From Candidatus Limisoma sp. (GTDB taxonomy: Bacteria; Bacteroidota; Bacteroidia; Bacteroidales; Muribaculaceae), in contig JBJEDP010000071.1 of NCBI GenBank assembly GCA_051872175.1, positions 1 through 36,261 of the forward strand: a stretch of 36,261 nt of DNA, in the 5' to 3' direction. This document shows, in pieces, positions 18,465 through 25,296 of the stretch; positions within the stretch are counted from its first letter, which is position 1, and each line of letters opens with the position of its first letter. Made by a program: the position numbers and the translations under genes. The notes under the pieces are model-generated. The model saw nothing but the letters and a program-made list of their open reading frames with translations. It was not told the origin of the DNA and made no database searches.

Positions 18465-18968
18465 ATGGAAATTGTAGTCAACGATACAAATATTTTCATT
18501 GACCTCTATTCCGTTGGGATGTTAGAGCAATTCTTTGATTTGTCGATAAAAGTGCACACCGTTGACTTTATTGTAAATGAAATTACCGATAACGACCAAA
18601 TCAAAGCCATTCGCAAATATATTGATAATGGAAAACTTTATGTTCAATCGTTTGATGCAAAAGAATTGCTTGAAGTCGTGGAACTACACAATAATGCGGG
18701 AGGTAATGTCTCAATCCCGGATTGTGCAGTGTGGTATTATGCGAAGAAACATAATTATACGTTACTGACGGGCGATGGGCAACTCCGAAAGAAAGCCATT
18801 GAGTCGAGTGTTGATGTAAAAGGGATTATTTTTGTTTTCGACCGTTTAGTGGAAGAAAGAATCATTTCGTCTACCTATGCCGCGACTAAATTGCGAGAAT
18901 TGTTAAAACAAAATTTGCGTTTGCCAATATCTATAATAAGGGAACGCATCGAAAAGTGGAGTAGTTGA
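18465..18968 (+). CDS. PIN-like nuclease domain protein (putative toxin/effector)
   Basis: The ATG is 1 nt after the upstream stop (gtgTAAaATG). The first strand is PIN-like with an acidic residue (IVVNDTNIFIDL). The later acidic/Thr block LLTGDGQLRKKA is followed by a helical tail. The protein is 167 aa. Confidence 0.7.
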   Translation: MEIVVNDTNIFIDLYSVGMLEQFFDLSIKVHTVDFIVNEITDNDQIKAIRKYIDNGKLYVQSFDAKELLEVVELHNNAGGNVSIPDCAVWYYAKKHNYTLLTGDGQLRKKAIESSVDVKGIIFVFDRLVEERIISSTYAATKLRELLKQNLRLPISIIRERIEKWSS

Positions 18969-19065
18969 TTGTTCTGATTTTAACAATTTAACAAATCCGT
19001 TGCACGCACTGCGATGATCTTTCTGTGCGACGAAAATATTTTTAACTAAACGGCATTTTCTAATC

Positions 19066-19947
19066 CTACTCTTCTTGTTCGTAGTAGTATGAATAGTCGA
19101 TACCTTTGAGGAATATTTCTCTGCTATCGGTTTTTGTGGTTATGGCACTGTGAAGGAGTTGCTTGATGTGTGTAGAATCGGCTACACTTTGTGTCATTGC
19201 TTCCAGGTAGTCGTGCTTTCCAATCTTACTCCAGTCGATGCAGCAATGATGACGCGCTTTGAGCATCAGGTCGAGCCATATGCGTGTGCTGCGTCCGTTG
19301 CCTTCCATGAATGGGTGCGCCACGTTCATTTCTACGTATTTTTCAAACACCTCATCAAGCGTGTTTTCCGGCATACGCTCAATCCGCTCTAACTGCTGAG
19401 GCAGGTATTGAGCAAGGCAGAAAGTGAAACCACCTTTGGAGATTGTTTTGGTGCGTATCTGCCCGGCAAAATCATACAGTCCGCCGAAAATATACGCGTG
19501 TATCTGCTGCAGAGCCTTTGCCGTTCCTTCGCTAAAAGTGTCGACCATATTGCTCTCGTATAGCGCATAAGCCTTCTTCTTGCTCTGCCCGTCGATGGTG
19601 TTGTCGCTGTAGGTGAGCCAATCGAGAAATGCCGTTGCTTTTTGATTGGGGATAGCTTTTGCAAGTGCCGCGATGCCGTCGGCGTCGAGTGTGTCGGTAA
19701 GATATTTCTTTCCGTCGGCTGCGCGTAATTTCAGTTGGTTAGTGGCGCTAACCAACTCGTTGCCTTCTTTCTTGAGTTTTGTCTTCAGATACTTCCAGTA
19801 GTTGCGTGTTTTGGCATAGTCGTCCTGCTCGTTGATGGCACCAATGACGTCAAGGACAGAGAAATACCAACGGGCATTTTCTTCCGCCCAGACGGCGCGG
19901 ACCTCGCGGTCGTTGTAGAATCGGATGGATATCTTCGGCTCTTTCAT
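19066..19947 (-). CDS. Fic/DOC-family protein (AMPylase-type) with an N-terminal Bro-N-like DNA-binding domain
   Basis: The Fic motif HPFMEGNGRSTR is encoded at 19282-19317 (verified by back-translation), and GGLYDFAGQIRT lies upstream of it. The N-terminal ~110 aa (ISIRFYNDREVRAVW..WYFSVLDVIGAI...ADGIAALAKAIPNQKATAFLDWL) fit the Bro-N pattern. The start is reassigned to ATG 19947 (MKEPKISIRF), because the track start at 20058 is a TTG extension. Confidence 0.85.
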   Translation of the reverse strand: MKEPKISIRFYNDREVRAVWAEENARWYFSVLDVIGAINEQDDYAKTRNYWKYLKTKLKKEGNELVSATNQLKLRAADGKKYLTDTLDADGIAALAKAIPNQKATAFLDWLTYSDNTIDGQSKKKAYALYESNMVDTFSEGTAKALQQIHAYIFGGLYDFAGQIRTKTISKGGFTFCLAQYLPQQLERIERMPENTLDEVFEKYVEMNVAHPFMEGNGRSTRIWLDLMLKARHHCCIDWSKIGKHDYLEAMTQSVADSTHIKQLLHSAITTKTDSREIFLKGIDYSYYYEQEE

Positions 19948-20105
19948 CGGTCTATAATGCGGTTTCGTTTGTGACTTGCAATTACTGCGAAGATACGAAA
20001 TTTTTTGGGTATAATAAAAATATTTGCGAACTTTGCAAAACGATGCTTTGGGCGGCAATGGTTGCCGCGCGGGCGTTTTCTAATTACAGGCTCAATCAAC
20101 GAACT

Positions 20106-21701
20106 ATGGGTAAACCGAAACATAAGAAAAAACAACGAACGCCGAACGCTTACGACCGCTTTTGCGAGCGGTTGTCGGCTTTTTATGCCGCTCATCGTCG
20201 TGCGGTTGATATGGTTGTGGTCGGCGTGATTTTTGTGGCATTTTTTTGCATAAGGGCTGTGAATATCGACTTGCGCAAGCAACTGCACAGCGACGAAATT
20301 TTCTCGGTGTCGATTTCGACGTGCAACGCTTACTACAACTCGCCGCTCCCCGATGGCGACTATTCGGGCGAGCAACTCAAGCATCTGCTCGTTGCCGACG
20401 ACCATGGCGGCATCGAAGGTGCTGCCGCCGACATCGCTCAACTGTGGGTAAACAACGGTGATGCGCCGCATGCGAGCCTGTATTATATGTTTTTGCGCCC
20501 GTTCTTGATTGGCTTCGACACGTTCGACGTTCATTCGCTGGCGTGGCGCGGCGGTGCGTTGAATTTGCTGTTTTTCAGCCTGTCGTTTTTCTTGATGCTC
20601 AGGCTGTTGCGACGCATTTATCCGAAGCGTTCGCTGCTCGTCTTTGTGGGATTGGTAATGGCTTTCGGCAACTGGATGTCGATACGCAACACGTTGCTCA
20701 TTCGTGAATATCAGATGGCGGAAACGGCGATAATTGCAGTAATGCTCATTGGTGTCGACCTCATCATCCGTCTGCGTGAAGGCGAAGCCGTTGCGGTGCG
20801 TCGGCTTGTCGTTGCGCTTGCGTTTGCCATTGCCGCAGCTATTTCGTTGGGCTACTTCAACGCAATCTTTATCGTCGGTTTCGGCGTTGTTGTGATGTGT
20901 GCATGCGCCAAATATCGCCGTCGCGACCTCGTCAAGTGGCTGCTGGTTTCAGCCGTCGGGTCGGTGGTCGTTGCGTTGATACTTTATCCCGGATTTTTCA
21001 ACTTTTTGCTACACGACAGCGTGCACAAGCAGCGCGCCTTCTCGAGCGTACGCAACATTGTCGGCAACGTGATGGTGCGCGATTTGTTGCTGAAGTTTTT
21101 CACCGTTCCGGGTGCGCTCATCGTGGCAGGTGCTTTTGTGGCAGCGCTGATAGGCAATCGCCGCCGCGAGCTCTTCAAATCGGGCAATTTTGCGTGGGTT
21201 TCGGTTCTGGCGGTGGTGTGTATGTTCGTCATACAGTATGCGTCGTTGCTGAAGATGCCGCGCTACTATTTCCCGCTGACGCCGGCGTTGGCGTTGTTGG
21301 TGCCGCACGTCATAGGGTGCGTCGGCAAACAGGCGACCGGATTCTTTGAATTGCTCATTATTTTATATTTCCCGGCATTGACGATGCTCTATTCGGCGCG
21401 AAGCAACTACAACTGGCAGTCGCTGCGCAACGGACTCGCACAGTCGACGACATTCAGCCAACTCAACCCGAACGAGGTTGTGCAATTGCTGCCGGGCATT
21501 ACCGACACGGCAACCTATACGATTGCCGGCAACGGAGCATTTGTGCTCAAGCGAAACGAGGAAACCTTTGTTGTGTCGAAGCGCGCAATCGGTATCAGCA
21601 ACGATTCAATCGTGACGTATAAGCGATTGCTGTGGGGCAGGCATATCTTCCTCTACAAGTTTAATTATGTTCCAAAAGTTGAGTCAAATGAGAATCTTTA
21701 G
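20106..21701 (+). CDS. Polytopic membrane protein, GT-C-fold (ArnT/PMT-like) glycosyltransferase-like
   Basis: More than 10 hydrophobic spans. The first extracytoplasmic loop carries SDEIF (a DE-type motif) and DAPHASLYYMFL, which resembles the HPPLYY block of GT39/GT83 enzymes. The start is uncertain: ATG at 20043, 20058 or 20106, and the track start 19971 is GTG. Confidence 0.5.
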   Translation: MGKPKHKKKQRTPNAYDRFCERLSAFYAAHRRAVDMVVVGVIFVAFFCIRAVNIDLRKQLHSDEIFSVSISTCNAYYNSPLPDGDYSGEQLKHLLVADDHGGIEGAAADIAQLWVNNGDAPHASLYYMFLRPFLIGFDTFDVHSLAWRGGALNLLFFSLSFFLMLRLLRRIYPKRSLLVFVGLVMAFGNWMSIRNTLLIREYQMAETAIIAVMLIGVDLIIRLREGEAVAVRRLVVALAFAIAAAISLGYFNAIFIVGFGVVVMCACAKYRRRDLVKWLLVSAVGSVVVALILYPGFFNFLLHDSVHKQRAFSSVRNIVGNVMVRDLLLKFFTVPGALIVAGAFVAALIGNRRRELFKSGNFAWVSVLAVVCMFVIQYASLLKMPRYYFPLTPALALLVPHVIGCVGKQATGFFELLIILYFPALTMLYSARSNYNWQSLRNGLAQSTTFSQLNPNEVVQLLPGITDTATYTIAGNGAFVLKRNEETFVVSKRAIGISNDSIVTYKRLLWGRHIFLYKFNYVPKVESNENL

Positions 21702-22296
21702 TTTTATGATGATATTTGCGGCGCTGCTTACGGTGTCGTGTAGCCGCGACGACAGTTGCCGATTTACGCTCGATGGACGCACCGTTAACGGTCGGGCGTC
21801 GCAGGTGGCATATCTTTATCGTTATTTGCCGGGCTACGGGCAGGTGCAAATGCTCGACAGTGCCGTAATCGAAGGCGGTAGATTTCATTTTGAAGGCATA
21901 TGCGATACGGAGCCTGTTGAGGCGTATGTGCGCTTTGGCGGCGACGATTTTATTGCCGCTTTTGTGCTCACGCCGGGTCGTTTTGCCATGAACGCCGGGA
22001 AGAACGGTTATTACGTCAGCGGGAATTATGAGAGTACGCGCATTTCGCAGTTGGTGTGTCTGCAAAACGACGTGACGATAAGCCGCGCGGCGTTGCGCAA
22101 CGACTATCAGTCGGCGCTGGCAGATTCGACGCTCACTCGGGCGAAAAGCGATTCACTCTTTGCTGCCTATCGAGGGTTGAGCCGTCGATTGAGCGACGAG
22201 GCGTCGGCAGCGATTGCCGACAGCACGGCATCGGCGGCATTCCGTTCGCTTGCGCGTCGACTTTTCTACCACGCAACCGAAGTTACCGCCCTATGA
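21688..22296 (+). CDS. Lipoprotein of unknown function (N-terminal DUF4369-like beta domain)
   Basis: Lipobox-type signal MRIFSFMMIFAALLTVSC. An alternative ATG lies at 21667. The gene overlaps the end of the upstream gene by 14 nt. The domain assignment is by pattern only (FTLDGRTVNG...VIEGGRFHFEG). Confidence 0.5.
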   Translation: MRIFSFMMIFAALLTVSCSRDDSCRFTLDGRTVNGRASQVAYLYRYLPGYGQVQMLDSAVIEGGRFHFEGICDTEPVEAYVRFGGDDFIAAFVLTPGRFAMNAGKNGYYVSGNYESTRISQLVCLQNDVTISRAALRNDYQSALADSTLTRAKSDSLFAAYRGLSRRLSDEASAAIADSTASAAFRSLARRLFYHATEVTAL

Positions 22297-22629
22297 TTCC
22301 AGGTATTTCGGAATCTGAGTAATCGAAAGGGCACAAATCAAAAACGAGCCGCCGAGCATACCAATCATTTCGACAACTTCCGATTTAGTCATGTCGAAAG
22401 TGAATATGCGCGCCATGTCGTTGCCCCAGGTGTAGCACCACACAAACAGGCAGGCAGCGATGCAGAGCGTGTTGATGACTATTCCTATCCAGTTATAGCT
22501 TTTTCGGCGTTCGGGCAAGCGGTTCAGTACCTTTCGCGTGAACCAAGGATTCTCCGGAGCGGCGTGCTTGCCTTGTTGCAGAAATTCCGCAATTTGTCGG
22601 TCGGTTATTTTGTTGTCGGTCATTATCAT
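22291..22629 (-). CDS. Small two-TM membrane protein, putative anti-sigma factor
   Basis: There is an ATGA start/stop overlap with the ECF sigma gene (ATG 22627-22629, TGA 22626-22628). The protein has a cytoplasmic N-terminal ~45 aa followed by two hydrophobic spans. Confidence 0.55.
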   Translation of the reverse strand: MIMTDNKITDRQIAEFLQQGKHAAPENPWFTRKVLNRLPERRKSYNWIGIVINTLCIAACLFVWCYTWGNDMARIFTFDMTKSEVVEMIGMLGGSFLICALSITQIPKYLES

Positions 22630-23144
22630 TTGTTTAAAAAGTTAGCTAATTTAGTTTTGCCACGCGAAATGCTCGATTTGACGGTACCTTCAGGGAATCC
22701 GGTAATCTTGACAATGTCTTTGATAGGACGGTCTTCGATGAAGAAAAGCACGATGCAAGAGCGTTCGGTGGGGTTTAGGCTTTGCAGAGCGGTAGCGATG
22801 TCGAGACGCGCGTCGGTGGCAGATGAGGGTAGCGTAGATGCCATGGTTTCGTCGACTTCGGTCTCTATCTTTTGCTTTCGCAGGTAGTCGTAAAACTCGT
22901 TGTAGGCAATCCGGTAGAGCCAGGTTTTGAACGAGGAACGCATCTTAAAACTGCGAATTGAAATGTAAGCCTTAATAAACGTCTCTTGCGCAAGGTCGTC
23001 GGCGAGGGCGAAGTTGCAACTGAGGTTGATAAAAAAACGCCGAATGTCCGACTGATATCGTTCTACGAGCTTGCCAAATGCGTCTCGGTCGTCACCGAGA
23101 ACGCATTTGGTAAGCAGCCGTAGTTCGTCAATCTTCTGTCGCAT
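22626..23144 (-). CDS. ECF-type RNA polymerase sigma-70 factor
   Basis: Region 2 reads FKTWLYRIAYNEFYDYLRK. Region 4 reads ERSCIVLFFIEDRPIKDIVKITGFPEGTVKSSISRGKTKL. The protein is 172 aa. Confidence 0.9.
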   Translation of the reverse strand: MRQKIDELRLLTKCVLGDDRDAFGKLVERYQSDIRRFFINLSCNFALADDLAQETFIKAYISIRSFKMRSSFKTWLYRIAYNEFYDYLRKQKIETEVDETMASTLPSSATDARLDIATALQSLNPTERSCIVLFFIEDRPIKDIVKITGFPEGTVKSSISRGKTKLANFLNK

Positions 23145-23784
23145 CGTTTTCTACGGTTTCTTCGCTGTTGGATTTACTTTGCTGTTTGCGGTATTCCAAG
23201 ATTCCGACTACCAGGTTTCCTATTCCTATTAGGGCAACCATCGAGACGAGTCCTGCAATTTCCGCGCTGCCGCATAACCAGAAGAAGATTATGCCTGCCA
23301 GTCCGACGGAGATAAGCACGATTGCTTTCCGTATTTGTGCTATCGGCGCTGATTCGTTTTTGGCTTTCGATTTGCCGTCGCTGAATACGCTTTCGGGGAT
23401 GTCAACGCCTTTCTCGATGGCTTTCTCGATGAGGCGATATTTTTCTTTACGCTTTTTCGAGTTGTAGTAGAACACTAACCAAATGATGACGCAAATTGCG
23501 GTGAAGGGGATAACCGTGCCGAAGGTTACGGCAGTGAGTGCTACGGCATTTTCACTCTTCGAAACTTGTTTACGGTGTTCCAATTCGAGTCGCTCTTTCT
23601 CGAAGTCGTAAGCCGCTTGGTCTTCCGCCAACGTAGTGTCGTCGATGGAATCGGTTGCGGTTACTGTTGTGTCGACAACCTCTTTTGTGGGCTCAGTCGG
23701 CTTGATAGTTGCTGTTTTCGGTGCGGCGAATAATGCACATTCGCTAAGGAGTGCCAAGGTGGCGATTGCGATAAATTTTTTCAT
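23128..23784 (-). CDS. Membrane protein of unknown function, first gene of the ECF sigma operon
   Basis: The start is reassigned to ATG 23784 (MKKFIAIATLALLSECALFA signal). The protein has a Thr/Asp/Glu-rich exported segment, then a TM, a basic amphipathic segment (KRKEKYRLIEKAIEKGVDIP), and two more TMs. It overlaps the sigma gene start by 17 nt. Confidence 0.6.
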   Translation of the reverse strand: MKKFIAIATLALLSECALFAAPKTATIKPTEPTKEVVDTTVTATDSIDDTTLAEDQAAYDFEKERLELEHRKQVSKSENAVALTAVTFGTVIPFTAICVIIWLVFYYNSKKRKEKYRLIEKAIEKGVDIPESVFSDGKSKAKNESAPIAQIRKAIVLISVGLAGIIFFWLCGSAEIAGLVSMVALIGIGNLVVGILEYRKQQSKSNSEETVENDATED

Positions 23785-23868
23785 TGTTTTATTCGTTTTT
23801 AAGTTTGTTTTCTGTGCATTAGACGCACGCAAGTTGCCGAAAAGTTGCAAGAGGATGAAAAATTTTTT

Positions 23869-25296
23869 TCAGTCGACTTTCAGCGGTGGGTTTATGAGGT
23901 AGATTTTGCCGTAAGCGCGGGTGAACGACGTGTAGAGCCAGCGGTAGAAATCGAGTTGATAGAAGGCTTCTTCGGGAATGTAACCCATGTCGACAAACAC
24001 GTTTTTCCACTGTCCGCCTTGCGCTTTGTGGCACGTCACGGCGTAGGCGAATTTCACTTGCAAGGCGTTGAAGTAGGGGTCTTGCTTGATGGCTTTATAG
24101 CGTTCGCTCTTTCGCGGGATGTCGGCATAGTCGGCGAGCACGGCTTGGTAGAGCCGCTCTTGCTGGTCGCGACTGAGCGCAGGCGACTCCGCATAGAGCG
24201 CGTCGAGGATGATTTTTGCGTCGATTTCGACGTCGTAGTCGGGAAACTCGAGCGTGGCATCGCAGAAGCGGAATCCGTGCATCTTTTCGACGGCGCCGAG
24301 TGAGCGCACGATGGCAACGTCGCCGTTGGCGATGAAGTCCATGCGGTCGTTGTCTTCGCCTGCCCAGTGGTAGTTGTTTTTGGCAATCATGAGCATATCG
24401 CCCACGTCGAGTTCGCACTCCATGTCGAGCACGCGAGCGCGGACGCCTTGGTTGAAGAGCACGGCGTTTTTGTTAGAGCGCGTCACGATGATTGTCTCCT
24501 GTTCGCCGTCGCGGCTGTAGCAGTCGTCGATGAGTTCGGTGAGAAACTCGCCGGTTACGGCTTCGACGTCGTCGAACGCTTTTTCGTGAATCGTGGGCGG
24601 CACGAGGATGCCCGACGAGATGGTTTTGCGTATTTCGGTGGCGTTATAGAGAATTCCCGAGTCTTCGCGTTGTCGCGCCACTTCGGTAAGCGTGTAGCAG
24701 TAGACGGTCAGCCCGTAGGCGTGTAGCACTTCGGGCGAAAGTGCAGGGCTGTCGCTGTAGCCCACCGGCGGAAGTTGGGCGACGTCGCCGAGGAGGATGA
24801 GGTGGCATGCCTCGCCGCTGTAGACGTAGGTGATGAGGTCGTCGAGGAGGCGTCCGGTGCCGAACACGGCATTGTCGCCGGCGGTGTTGGAAATCATCGA
24901 TGCTTCGTCGACGATAAAGAATGTGCCTTTGTGGTTGTTTTTCTTCAGTCCGAACGCCATCGCTTCGGGGTCGAAACGCTTGCTTTGGTAGATGTGGTGA
25001 TGGATTGTCGATGCGGCGTGGCCGGAATAGGTCGAAAAAACTTTTGCGGCACGGCCTGTCGGGGCAAGCAGCACGCAGCGTATGCCCATCTCGCCGAGCG
25101 CGCGCACCAGCGCACTTGTCAGCGACGTTTTTCCGGTTCCGGCGTAGCCGTTAAGCACGAATGCGGAGCGGTCAGCAGCGTCGGCAACAAATTTGCCGAA
25201 GGCGGCAACGAGTTCCATTTGTTGCCGGTTGGGGTCGTACGGCAGTTGGCGCAGAATCTCTTCGCCGATGGCGGTTGCTATGGCTGAATTGCTCAT
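23869..25296 (-). CDS. RecD-like superfamily-1 DNA helicase (AAA_30 / UvrD_C_2 type)
   Basis: Walker A GYAGTGKTS, Walker B-like FFIVDEASM, and the C-terminal block AVTCHKAQGGQWKNVFV typical of RecD/TraA-like helicases. The start is reassigned to ATG 25296 (MSNSAIATAIGEEI), which overlaps the upstream stop as ATGA. Confidence 0.8.
   Translation of the reverse strand: MSNSAIATAIGEEILRQLPYDPNRQQMELVAAFGKFVADAADRSAFVLNGYAGTGKTSLTSALVRALGEMGIRCVLLAPTGRAAKVFSTYSGHAASTIHHHIYQSKRFDPEAMAFGLKKNNHKGTFFIVDEASMISNTAGDNAVFGTGRLLDDLITYVYSGEACHLILLGDVAQLPPVGYSDSPALSPEVLHAYGLTVYCYTLTEVARQREDSGILYNATEIRKTISSGILVPPTIHEKAFDDVEAVTGEFLTELIDDCYSRDGEQETIIVTRSNKNAVLFNQGVRARVLDMECELDVGDMLMIAKNNYHWAGEDNDRMDFIANGDVAIVRSLGAVEKMHGFRFCDATLEFPDYDVEIDAKIILDALYAESPALSRDQQERLYQAVLADYADIPRKSERYKAIKQDPYFNALQVKFAYAVTCHKAQGGQWKNVFVDMGYIPEEAFYQLDFYRWLYTSFTRAYGKIYLINPPLKVD

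Larger units (their letters stand above)
17264..19063 (+). mobile_element. AT-rich inserted two-gene cassette with no recombinase of its own, bounded by the 43-bp direct repeat
   Basis: Direct repeats lie at both ends. Hand-counted GC of sample lines is 16/60 (17701-17760) and 20/60 (18481-18540), against 36/60 in sprA (13021-13080). No integrase or transposase ORF lies within it. Confidence 0.45.

Noticed and set aside
18999-19046. A hairpin after the PIN gene (CGTTGCAC ... GTGCGACG, 8 bp with a G-U pair and a 19-nt loop, followed by AAAATATTTTT), considered as the cassette terminator.
   Set aside because: The stem is short, the loop is large, and A residues come before the T-run. This is too weak to call as a feature.
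19948-20105. N-terminal extensions of the divergent fic ORF (to 20058, TTG) and the GT-C-like ORF (from 19971, GTG), which would overlap each other.
   Set aside because: Both extensions use non-ATG starts, encode Cys/Lys-rich junk and would leave no intergenic promoter region. Internal ATGs (19947, and 20106 or 20043) give sensible N-termini.
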